A stretch of 64,000 bases of DNA from Balanoglossus misakiensis (GCA_040954595.2 CM082576.2:12899129-12963128); one strand, 5' to 3'. Shown: positions 27,412 to 38,892, numbered from the stretch's first letter. Program-made: numbers and translations. Notes: generated from the sequence alone by a model not told the origin.

Positions 27412-29498
27412 TTACAACTGTGGCTGTAGAAAACTCATGATTTCAGCTTCAGTTTCCTCCGGGAAGCCGTTGTTCTGGATGACGGCGGCGTAGAAATTCG
27501 CGGACATTTTTGGTCTCCTTGGTCGCCTTTCGTCATTGAAGTCGACGTGGTACAAACCGAACCTCTCCGAATATCCAGCCGCCCACTCGAAGTTATCCAT
27601 CAATGACCAAGCCGTGTAACCTTTGACGTTCACCCCGTCCAGTTTGATTGCTGGTGGAAAATAGAGATAAAACATGGTTATTTTAGGATTGTAGATGGTG
27701 GAGTTTCTGTGGACACTGAGGTGTAAAATAATTGCATTCATTGTAAAATATCCCAAATTCGTTAGCTTTGACCGAAATATAGCTGTTTTTCATATTCTGC
27801 GATAAGATATATTTCTGTTTGTGCCAACACCTTGTTAGGCCTATATTGAATTTTGTTCACATCATATTCACTCATTTGTATATGCACTTGACAGTATAAA
27901 CTCTTGTAATTTAGTTTTTGTATCCTGTCTATTCTATCGTCGATCCAATCCATGATAACTTTTATCAGATATTTCTGCCAGCCTTGAATTGAAATCTTGC
28001 CAGGGGGCCCCACAGTATAAGTATACCACTCACCTTTTAAAACCTCGTCGAGGTATGAAAGGTAATATCGAATCCTTGCAACGTCTTCCAGGTTTTCGGG
28101 TTCTCTGCCAGAGAAACCATTCTCAGTGATGTAAATAACGGGGTCGCTGTACTCTTTCTTGAGCCAGCCCAGCAAACGTCGCACACCCCACGGCACGCTC
28201 TTCAGCCAACCCGACCCCGAACCCGGCCAATTCTTGCCGAACCACTTCGCGACGCCGTGGTCTTTGCCCCAGCCCGGGGGAACGGTGTTGTCCTCCGCCG
28301 CGGGCGCCGCGTAGGTCGTGGTGTAGTGGTTCAGGCCCAGGAAATCGGCAGTGCCGGCGATGGAGCGTTTCTCCTCCTCCGTGAAGGCCGGCAGCCGCGA
28401 GTATTTGTAGCCCTGGATCTTGCTCTTCGAAGCGATCCGGGCTCTCATCGCCTCCGGGTAGTCGCCGTCGACGAAGATCGGGTGGGCGAACCACCCGATG
28501 AAGAACTGCAGCATTCTCTCCGAGGCTTCCTCGTCCACACCGGTTCCCGGGTGACCCGGTTCGGCCCAGTCGCAGTTCAACGAGATCCCGATGACGCCGT
28601 TTTGCGTCGGCCGGAATTCCTTGTCGTAGGTGTGCCAGGCTCTGGCGTGCGCCCTTATCAGGTTGTGCGCCGCGACGTACGTTTTTATTCCGTCGCCGGC
28701 GACCCCCGGCGCTTTGCTGAAGCTCCCGTAGCCCAGCTGCGCCACCACCCACGGTTCGTTCAGCGTAATCCAGTGCTTGACCCGATCGCCGAATCTGGTG
28801 AAGCAGAGCTTCGCGAAATTGTTGAAATCCTCGATTATGGCATGGTTCAGCCACCCGGCGTACTTTCTGTGCAAACTGAGGGGCAGGTCCCAGTGATAGA
28901 GGGTGACGAAAGGTATTATCCCCGCATCGATCAAGCCGTCGATCAGCCTGTTGTAATAGTCGATACCGGCTTCGTTAATATTGTCCAGAGTGCCATCGGG
29001 AAGGATTCGCGTCCAACTGATGGAAAATCGATACGCTTTCACGTTAAGCTCTTTCAGAATTTCGATGTCTCGTTCCCAGAGATGATAGCTGTCGCACGCA
29101 ACGTCACCGGTTTCCCCGTCGTGGACAAGCATTGGATCATGGGAGAACTCATCCCAAATACTCATCCCTTTGCCGTCGGCATCCCACCCACCTTCGATCT
29201 GGTGCGCCGAAGTGGCGGTGCTCCAGATGAAATCCTCCGGAAAGGTGTCGAAGAAGAAGCCGTCTTGCTCAGGGTCGTTGTAGACGTCCGGGTACACGTA
29301 ACGCAGGTGTCCGTCACTGACCACTCCCCCGCCTCCTCCGCTGATGACGAGATACAGTAACCAGATCAGGGAAATGAACCCGACGGCAATCACAAAGCAC
29401 GACCGCTTGCTGTAGTGAAAGTTCCATTTCGGGGATATCACGGCCGAGTAGATATGCTTCCAGTTGAATTCGGGCCTGAATCTTCCTTCTGCGCTCAT
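27412..29498 (-). CDS. Glycoside hydrolase family 1 beta-glucosidase (lactase-phlorizin hydrolase/klotho-like single domain), paralog A, ~567 aa, N-terminal signal-anchor
   Basis: Exon 1 29498-28034 and exon 2 27650-27412 (phase-1 intron at VLK|A). Motifs [42 protein letters not shown] (acid/base Glu), ITENG (nucleophile Glu), [17 protein letters not shown]. Hydrophobic segment [20 protein letters not shown] near the N-terminus. Confidence 0.95.
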
Positions 29499-30605
29499 AG
29501 CTCGAAATTGCTAGATGCAAATTAAACCCGCGTTGCGGAGAAAGAAGTCCGAAACCGATTTGGTCGATCACTGGCCAAAATAAAAATCTTGGTATATTCG
29601 CACTGATTTGTGGGTTGGTGCGTGGCACTGTGCGGTACTCTGTGGTCGATGTTGGAAGCGCATCCACACCAGCCGTGTCACGTGCTGCGACGTGTTTTAT
29701 TTACGAACGGGATGATGAAGTCGCAGCTGATACACATATAAATGATCATAACAAAACGGTACATTCTATTTTCAATTGAAAAGTCCGATGTAAAAATGTA
29801 TTTGCCCTGGTTTTTAATCGTTTTCTCCAAACTCCCCTCCGCCTATTTTAGCTCAACGTTAGTCCCAGTACTACAGGCTACCAAGCGTAAGACGGTTTGT
29901 CATTTTTCAGCGGTACAATATAGACATCCGTTGAAAAATAACATTATTATTCCAAACCAAAGCAGAGATATTCGACGAATGACACCAGACTATATCGTTC
30001 TATACTCAATTTTATTACTCGGTTATTTATTACAGGTCCAGATATGATTAAAGTTAAATCGTTGGGTTTTAAGCTGTGAATAAAATGGTATTCTTGTGGG
30101 ATAAACAAAACATGACTCACCTCTGTTCCCCCCAATACTTCCTACATCAATTCTAACTTCATAACCTCAGCAATTCAAGTTGACCATTGTCACGTAATAC
30201 CTCTCTCTTGTCTCTTTAATCATTTTGTATTTACGTAACCATGACAATTTTACAAAATTATGAACTGTTTTTTTTTCCGTTGACCTGTTGTTTGGAGGCG
30301 TCGACCTATACTTCCCCGGATGTCAGGCTGCGAAATAAAAGTCACATGAGCCCCAATGAGACACTCTATCTCTGTGTTACCAACAACTCTGCTAACACCG
30401 TCTTTCAAATATCGCCAGGAACGATGGATTCCGTGACCCAGGGTGATCCCATAGTGTCAACCTGTGTGTGGATTTACAAGTGGTTACTGGTCGCACCTGT
30501 CTTCTTTCTCCGAATACTCCATAAAAAAACACCTTTATTACAGTCTCTGTACATCCTTACTCTACATTCACAACAAAGTCAGCAGTTCGTATAAAACATT
30601 ACAAA

Positions 30606-33491
30606 TTACAAACACGAAAAGATCCATATGAAAATCCCCGCTAATATATTCGAGCACAAAACGAGGCGATTTGGCGCGGAGGACTTGGACGCTGAACTGG
30701 GGAAGCCGTTGTCGTGGACGACCTGCGAGTAGAAGACGGCGGAATCCTTCTGGATCCTCGGCCGCTCTTCGTCCTGGAAATCCACGTAGAAGAGGCCGAA
30801 TCGCTCGCTGTATCCTTCCGCCCATTCGAAGTTGTCCAGCAGCGACCAGGCTGCATAGCCCTTGACGTTCACCTGGTCAAGTTCAATGGCTGAAAGAAAA
30901 ACAAATAACAGCAAATTAGTGGAGTAAAATTCGACGAATGCGAATTCTTGTGAACACTTTTTATTTTTGACATAGGCGCACAACATTTTCGTGTGAAAAC
31001 GATCACACATGAATAATTGTACCATCTAATTTAATCTCCAAAATTGCTCCTCTTCAAATTCAGCATGGTGCTTGTATTAAAAGTTAATTCCAGTTGCCTG
31101 AGTCGGAAATGCCGTTTTAAAGACTGACACCGATTACTCTGTTGTCATTTTATAAGAGAATTCGAATGATCATTGTTAGGATGATATGATGGTCAGGGCT
31201 GAAGTTATAATCGTGGACAGGGTTAACATGTTTTTGTCATTTCAGTCACTCAACCATGCAGGCCTGATAAAGCTCGCCATTATAGAAGTGCGTGTACGCG
31301 CATGATCATCATTTTGGATGTGGCTGCGACGTGCAGATGACACCAACACCTGTGACCCTAATCCAAAATAAGCGTTTTCCGGAAAACAAAGAGAGGGGGA
31401 GTCACTGGTGATGATTTCCACGCGGCTTAGGACATTTGTAGAAGAATACGGGTAGATTGGCAGGGATTTCTACTTTAATTTTAGATACCCGCAAATTGCC
31501 CAGATATAGAGGAGCGACGTTTTTGAAATCTTGTTGTCGAAGCTCCAATATCCATGCTTTCAGCAGTTTTGTTTTGTGTATCTACTGAAGATCTTGTTCA
31601 AATTCCTGAAACATGGCCGGTGAAATGTCCAGCATTTAGCTCATCAACAAGTCCGCATTGTTATTGTGCCGATAATTTGATTTCTAGTCCGGAGTAGAAT
31701 TCGTTTGTCAACAATAACAAGGAGATTTTAGATGGTACAAAAAATCAGAGGTTCCAGTTTCTACGGTTAAGCACCTCTCGAGTGATTGCCCGGAAGGGCA
31801 GTAACTCAGCTACAGGCAGTATAGTTCTTACCTTTGAGTACTTCGTCGATATAAGACATCAGATAACCAACTCTGTCGAGATCATTAAGATCATACACAT
31901 TCCTCGAGGAATACCCGTTCTCCGTGATTATAACCGGCGGGTTGTTGTAGTGTTTCTTGATCCATTCCAGCATTCTCCTCATTCCCCAAGGCACGACTTT
32001 CAGCCAGGAGGATCCGGAACTGGGCCAGTTGTGTCCGTACCACTTGGCCAGGTTGTGGTCTTTCCCCCAGCTGGGCGGCAGGTAGTTGTCTTCGACGGGG
32101 TTCTCGGTCACGTAGACGGTGGTGTAGTGGTTCAGGCCGAGGAAGTCGGCGGTGCCCCTGACGTACTCCTGCTCCGGCTTGGTGAACTCCGGCAGCCTGG
32201 TGTTGTTCAGCCCCTGGTGGTGGCTCTTGGCGGCGATTCTCACCTTCATAATCTCGGGGTAGTCGCCGTTGACGAAGATTGGGTGCGCGAACCAGCCGAG
32301 TACGAACTGCAGCATTCGGTCGGCGACGCGGGCGTCGCCGGCCTCCACCCAGTCCGAATTCAGGGAGAGTCCGACCTGGCCGCGTTGGTGCACCCTGAAT
32401 TCGTCGTCGTACGTGTGCCACACCTTGGCGTGCGATTTGATGAGGTTGTGCGCGACCACGTACGGAGCCGACCCGTCGTCTGTTATCCCCGGGGCGTGGA
32501 CCCCCTTCCCGTATCCCAGCTGGGCGACGACCCAGGGCTCGTTGATGGTTATCCAGTACTTGACTCGGTTGCCGAATCTCTCGAAACACAGCCTGGCGTA
32601 GGTGTTAAAGTCTCGAATGATGGCTTCGTCCGCCCAGCCGCCATATTTATCTTGCAGCGCCTGGGGCAGGTCCCAGTGATACAGCGTTACCATGGGGATA
32701 ATATTGGCCTCCAGGAGCGCATCAATCAGGTTATTGTAGTACCTTATCCCGGCTTCGTTGATGCTGCCCATCGTCCCGTCGGGCATGATGCGCGACCAAC
32801 TCAAAGAAAAGCGGTAAAACTTGACGCCCAGAAGCTTGAGCAATTCGACATCTTCCCGGTATTTGTTGTAACTGTCGCAGGCGATGTCGGCATTGTCGCC
32901 ATTGCTGATGGCCCCAGGCTGGCGACTGAACGTGTCCCATATACTCTGCCCCTTGCCGGATATGCTGTACACGTTTCCGCTGCCTTCTATCTGGTGGGCC
33001 GAAGTGGCGACACCCCATAGGAAGTCCTTCGGAAAAGTGCCGTACATGAAAGAGTCCCTCTCCGGGTTATTGAAGGTCCTTGGGTACACGTAGAAGGGAC
33101 TGCGGTCTGCCGGCAGGTAGTTTATCGCGTAGTGGCGCGCCGTGCCGCCGCGACTCGACAGCAGGTAGATGATCGCCACCAGGGCCACTAATATCAAGAG
33201 AAGATGGAACGGCGGAAACGAGGACGAGCGCGGAAGCCGTCGGATCCGTCGCATCGTCGTCGTCAGGCAGGCATCCCCGAACACGAGTCTGGCCTTGGAC
33301 GAGCCGTACTCGTAACTTCTCCCGGCGAAAGTCTTGCAGCCGTGGAATAATTCCGTCAGTTTGGCCGACAGAAACTGGCAGCGTTGTTTGGCCATGGGGA
33401 GGCAGACCGCCAGAAATCTCGTCTTGGTCGACATGATGAAGCTCTGTATGGCACCCGTGCCTCCACTGGTCGAAACTCCCGATTCAGCCAT
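30606..33491 (-). CDS. Glycoside hydrolase family 1 beta-glucosidase, paralog B, up to ~647 aa (start uncertain), N-terminal hydrophobic segment and C-terminal GPI-like tail
   Basis: Exon 1 33491-31832 and exon 2 30889-30606, with the same phase-1 intron position as paralog A. Motifs [48 protein letters not shown]. Hydrophobic segment [20 protein letters not shown]-terminus ...[30 protein letters not shown]. Confidence 0.94.
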
Positions 33492-34220
33492 CGTGTACCC
33501 GGATGACGTAATCGCCGTGGCGGACGTACAGCGGCCCTAATTAGCAAGGGGCGTTAATTGGGATTTTTTCCGACGCGTGGCAGAATTTCGGCCACAGATT
33601 TCAGACGCCGTGAGTTGGCTGGCAAAAGAGCTATGCTATCAACAGTCCTACCTATCTCGGTGACTGCCGTGCCTGTAATCCCTGCTACAGCTGACACATT
33701 TTCCCCCTTTCATATCATTTACTATGTTTATAGTGCACAACTGGCAATGGTTATGCACAATATTAATATTACACGACAACACGAACATTTAATTTTACAT
33801 TTTATTGATGGGAAAATCTTTATAAAAAATACACACATATAGAATGATATACAAGATTCACGTACGTAGGTACATATATAGATGCACACACGTCATACAT
33901 TCATACACTAAGATTGCAAATTTCAGTTATAATCATTATGCCTCGATCCTAAAATCAATCCCTTGCCACTGAATTGTAGATGACAGTGCTGTAGTGGGAT
34001 TAGATGTCTACATGCTATTAGTATAGAGGTACAGCTGGCCGGATGACCAACTTGCAACCTACATGTAAGCATGGTAAGTTGGAGTTCGTGGCTATTTTGG
34101 GCTGATATTAGTTTGGATGTCAATACCTGCAAAACAATTAAAGTATATAGTTCAGTTGCATTTATCTTTACAATATTTTGTATTTTTATTGTGTAAGATA
34201 TATCGGGTATATATGATTCA

Positions 34221-35563
34221 TGCTACAATGCAATATGATCGCTGCCTACGTGTCAGCATAATACCAGCCAGGAAAAGATCCGAAGATTGACACGCCGACA
34301 CTGCAGAGTCTAATGACGACAGTTTTGTCAGGATGGCCAGCAGCCAGAGATGAAGTTTCTGTGTGCATCCGAGATTATTGGTCTCGCAGAGATGAAGTCA
34401 CAGTGCAGAATGCAATTACATGTATGTACAAAGGAAATTAATTCATTGTTCCAAAGCCAACGAGACCACAGGTGATGAATAGACTTCATTAGAGCCATTT
34501 GGGAGCAGACGCATGTGTTCGCCTGTCTAATACGGTGCAATGGATACCTTTAGCAAAAAGCAGAAAGAACCGTTGATGCCACTTGAGATTCCGACCAGAC
34601 CATGGAAAAATGGTGGGACAAGATCTCTTCAGCCGATTATCTTTATATCACCGTTGATTACTACAGTGATTTCTGGGACAGGTCGACAAGGACACGTCAG
34701 AAACTGTCATTAAATGTATCAAGTCTCACTTCGCTCGACACGGTATTCCAGAGAAAGTGATGTCACACAATGGTCCTCAGTTCATATCTGAAGAATATGC
34801 TACACCCGCGAGAGATTGGGAATCCGAACATGTCACCAATTCTCCCATACCACAGCCAGAGAAATGGCAAAGCTGTTCGAATCAGCTGTCAAAACTGCCA
34901 AAAGCTGACCAAGAAATCAAGGAGAGGTAAGAACCACCTGTTGAGCATTGAGACAGAGGAATGCCAGTCCTGTGCGCCGGAGCGCCCTCAGATGACTGAA
35001 TCTTTCAGTTGAAGGAATGACCAGTTCAACACAGCACCTGTGAGTGTGACCACTAAGCATGCTAAGACACATGATCCTGTCTCGAACAATACCGAGAGAT
35101 GTTCCAAAGAAATAGAAACCCAAATGAAACAGACAAAGACTAACACTACTTCCACCGAGTTCCACCGGAACCAGAAGTAACATCAAACCAGCAGCTAAAT
35201 ATGAAGATGTTGTGATGACTTAGTTGTTCGGTCATTATTCATCAGTCTGAATTAAGTTCACTTACATCTCTTGTATTGAAATTATACGGTTGAAGTTTCA
35301 TAATCTGTTGATGATGTGATGTTTGAGTTTTATTGTTGATAACGCGGACTCTGCTCTGCGATCGATCACAAAAGACAGTTTGCAAGTGACTTTATTATGT
35401 TTGAAAAAGATGTTCTGGAAGTTCTATGTTGTTTATCGCCCTCTAGTGTCGACTACAGAATTTCAATGTAGATAAAATCATGGCGACTTGTTGTTAGCAT
35501 TATCCGGCTTGATGTTCTCTCTGTTTCATGCCTGGGCTCCAAACTCATATAGAACCCAGAACA
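34221..35563 (+). mobile_element. Degenerate Ty3/Gypsy LTR retrotransposon, 3' part (RNase H end, integrase, 3' LTR)
   Basis: Frameshifted peptides: YQPGK; TLQSLMTTVLSGWP..RDYWSRRDEVTVQN; VPKPTRPQVMNRLH*SHLG; QKEPLMPLEIPTRPWK/MVGQDLF; ITVDYYSDFW; IKSHFARHGIPEKVMSHNGPQF. A purine run GAAAAAGA is followed by an LTR-like unit 35411-35563 with TGTTCTGG...CCAGAACA termini. No 5' LTR seen. Confidence 0.88.
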
Positions 35564-35649
35564 GTAGCTTTCATCAATCCATATCGCAAGCTCCACTGTT
35601 GTTCGTGAGAATTTTGAACTGATTGATCTTTACTGCAGTATGAATCAGC

Positions 35650-35900
35650 AAGAATGCGTGTAATTGGATCACAATGGAAATATTTCACCAAATGTAGTTT
35701 TATTTGAATTGACCGTCAGAAGGTTTATTTAAACAGACCAAAGTAAAATAATACAAAAAGTGGCCGTTCATGGGAACCGTGTGCAGTGATGATACTGACC
35801 CCGTAACCCCTGGATGCTTTTTGCGCATGAGCCAAAAATGTTGAACCAATCAAAAGCAGTGAACACTGTCATACTGAGTGACACCTCTTGGTACCGATGG
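35650..35900. repeat. ~250-bp direct repeat, copy 1 (copy 2 at ~38180-38443)
   Basis: Shares TAATTGGATCACAATG, a 41-nt identical block ACCGTGTGCAGTGATGATACTGACCCCGTAACCCCTGGATG, and ACACTGTCATACTGAGTGACAC with copy 2. Confidence 0.85.
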
Positions 35901-36368
35901 CATGTTATTCTCCAATTGCGAGGGTCGTTTTCAGAAGTGGTGGATAGTAATTGTACTGGAAATTAAAATGAAATATTTTTAAAATGTGATGGGGAGGTGA
36001 GTAGTGAAATGTATTGGTAGTAAATATCCAGCATATAGCAATACTGCTACAATCACTCGCATTTCTGCGTACCAAGCCCTACCAATTGAAACGTATTTCT
36101 GAACAAGCCAAAGGTGTAAAGATCAACAGTACAATAAATGTAATACAACCGTAATGATTTAACAGCCATGGTATGATTCCGCAGAGAAGCATTTTCATTG
36201 ATGTTTTCATGAATGACGTGTTTCTTTCATTCACGTTAAAATTTTCCAGTCGCCAGACAACCGAGTTATCCCAGTACTTCCGCGTAACTGGGTCAGTGGT
36301 ACATCACTTGATTTGAAGGAGATGGCTACTGCATTCCGTTACTGATTAAATTTATCTATGTTTTGCAG

Positions 36369-37953
36369 GTCTTTGTGTGGGTGGATTTCCTTGACGATGC
36401 AGAAACATTTACCATGGAAGATCAGTATCTCATAGGTAAGTATATCAGAGGTGAAAGATGTTTTGTCAACCTGAGCATGATGACCGATTGAATGAGCGCA
36501 TGAAGCAAATAACGAGGCTGTCTGCAGACAAAATAAACGCACACTGAATCCTCCGAGATGTAGATACTGTGTAAGACCGAAAGTCATACACATGTATTTG
36601 ACAAAACATTGTTGCTGTGCTTATTGTCCTGGGTCCGATTGGTTGCCCTTGGTCATGAGGGGAACATTGGAACGGCCCAAGCTCATATGTAAACGGTGCC
36701 GGTTCGCACCTGCACCCCATTTCCCTGTGTAATGATTAAGCCAAAAACGGGACTGAATCAAACTGGTGATGAAGGGGTCAAGCTACGTTGTGGTTAGCTG
36801 TGAATGGAGACATTTCTGCTATCGGTTGCCACGGTTTCTTGTAACACTCTTTTGGTCTTGTCTTCCAGGTGATGCATTATTTGTGAAACCAGTCACAGAC
36901 CCTGAGGCCGCCTTTGTCAAGGTCTACTTCTCCGGAGAAAATCAGATACTGGTGCGAGACTGGGAGATGTGTCACGGTCATTAGGTTGAACTTGGTTCTT
37001 GAGGGTTTAAGACGAGCCCAGGTTTACCAACCCTTGAAAGTCCTTGAATGTCCTGGATTTTTCAAACCACTCCTCATCTTATACTTTTCCGCAGGCATAA
37101 TTATTCAAATGGGCAACTGTTTTATCATTAAATGCCAATAAAAACCTAAGTTGCAATCCAAGTCTCACAACACATCTTGAAAGTACATGTATGTCCTCAA
37201 TAACACAGAACCTTTGAAATGATGTGGAATTTCGGGCGACCACATTTGTATGATGGGTGGTGATCGTACATGTACTTAATCTTACGGAACCGCAAAGAAT
37301 GCGCATTGTAAACATCACAGAAACCCCCAAAGTTTTGTTTTTCGTGTATATTGATATCAGTAAATACGGAATACCTGAACAAACACAACATTTATAATAG
37401 TTTTATACTATTATTTTATTTTTTATTATATTTTGTTATTTTATGTAGAAAACTATATTGTTACACCGGTAGGCGTTTTACTGGGGTCAATGTCCAAATA
37501 TCAAAAGCAAGTAGGTTAAACCTGTGAAACGTCATGATGTTCAATGACCTGACATAAAAACAACGACTGGAAAATCCATGAAATATGAAACTATTTGATT
37601 ATCTCTATCCACCAACCTAGAATGGTTTGGAAACAATAAATATACTAGTACCCTTTTTGCAGACCTGCTGGTATCCTACTGTTTGGCCATTTTACTGTTC
37701 ATTTTCAGCTGTTAAACTTTTGACCCTACTTCACATACATGTAAGCATATTGACCTGGAGTTTATTCAAGGCCACCTTCTCCCAGGCTCTCGTAGAATTT
37801 CCTCTTAAAATGCCCAATGTCGTCCGCAGATTCCATTATTCCAGCGCGGTGGCACCATTGTACCTCGTAAAGAGCGTGTTCGCCGAAGTTCATCGTTGAT
37901 GCAAGATGACCCGTGTACGTACACCCTGGTTGTCGATGTATACAAAGATGCAG
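36369..37953 (+). pseudogene. GANAB: Partial, intron-containing pseudogene of GH31 neutral alpha-glucosidase (glucosidase II alpha, GANAB/GANC-like)
   Basis: Three exon remnants with AG acceptors. 36369-36435 encodes WVDFLDDAETFTMEDQYLIG, with an extra TG causing a frameshift. 36869-36945 encodes GDALFVKPVTDPEAAFVKVYFSGENQ and is followed by AT instead of GT. 37830-37953 encodes [33 protein letters not shown], with its length out of phase. These resemble GANAB DDQYLLGDALLVHPV and [19 protein letters not shown]. No catalytic-domain exons seen. Confidence 0.85.
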
Positions 37954-38047
37954 GTATCACACAGTGGATACTGTTATGCAGAAAGCTTGGCCAAAGCTTT
38001 GGTCCATTCCTATTGTACAGGGGAAAATGACGTGAAATGGACATCTC

Positions 38048-38119
38048 GTGATGTCCGTATTTTGACTCGTTGCCTCGGCAACTCGTCGCTTCCGCAACTC
38101 GTCAAAATACGGACATCAC
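38048..38119. repeat. Palindromic core of a MITE-like element
   Basis: 19-bp perfect inverted arms GTGATGTCCGTATTTTGAC / GTCAAAATACGGACATCAC with an inner hairpin. Confidence 0.6.
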
Positions 38120-38179
38120 TCGAATATGACGCGTTATAGACCAAACTTAGTGTAATAACCCCTACAGATAAAGAATGAT

Positions 38180-38443
38180 TAGCAGGCATGTAATTGGATC
38201 ACAATGAAAATTTCACCCATTAAATACACCTTGAAGGTGTATTTTTGTTTGTATTGACCATTTGAAAGGCGACAAAAGTAAAATCATAAAAAAGTGCCAG
38301 TTCCTGGGGACCGTGTGCAGTGATGATACTGACCCCGTAACCCCTGGATGTTTTTTGCACATGAGCCCAAAATGTAATCAATCAAAAATTAATGCACAGC
38401 CGCGTACACTGTCATACTGAGTGACACTTCTTGGTACTGATGG
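38180..38443. repeat. ~250-bp direct repeat, copy 2
   Basis: See copy 1 (35650-35900). Confidence 0.85.
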
Positions 38444-38780
38444 ACCTTTACTGTAACTAACACTAGCCTGGCTTGTGGGATTACATGCATACACATTTAG
38501 AAATCTCAGAGACACCATTTATCATTTGCCAACATATCATGTCCCCGTGCGAAATTATGTGGCAAGACATTTGTTACGTAGACGAGAACCAACGACGTGT
38601 CAAGATTAGAAATAGGCATATTGTTGCAGAAAATGATTGAGAAAGTTAACTATGAGAAAAAGCTCTGATCTTATCAACACGGCTATTTGGTGTGATTCTT
38701 CTCGTTAAAGCCCCATGTGCTGCCAAATATCACATATTCATTTCCTATGGAATGAGTGATGCTGTGGAGCAAATGAACCC

Positions 38781-38892
38781 CCAACCCTAACCCTAACTGT
38801 TGAATATACCCTAACCCTATAACCTGTCAACAAACAAACAAACAAACAAACAAACAAACAAACAAACAAACAAACAAACAAACAAACAAACA
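38781..38892. repeat. Short TAACCC-like run followed by an (AAAC)n microsatellite
   Basis: CCCTAACCCTAAC...CCCTAACCCTA, then ~15 AAAC units. Confidence 0.8.

Noticed and set aside
28257-29360. 367-aa plus-strand ORF (also 31782-33020, 412 aa, and the alternative-frame ORFs 28123-28854 and 31891-32589)
   Set aside because: These are antisense or alternative-frame shadows of GC3-rich GH1 exons, with no recognisable motifs.
27412-33491. A single two-domain lactase/klotho-like gene
   Set aside because: Each unit has its own N-terminal hydrophobic segment and its own stop codon. No convincing donor precedes the stop of paralog B.
35786-35830. SECIS-like ATGA-N12-AA pattern in the duplicated unit
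   Set aside because: The required helix does not pair, and no selenoprotein CDS lies upstream.
38781-38826. Interstitial telomere
   Set aside because: Only a few imperfect TAACCC units; more likely part of a simple repeat or TE.
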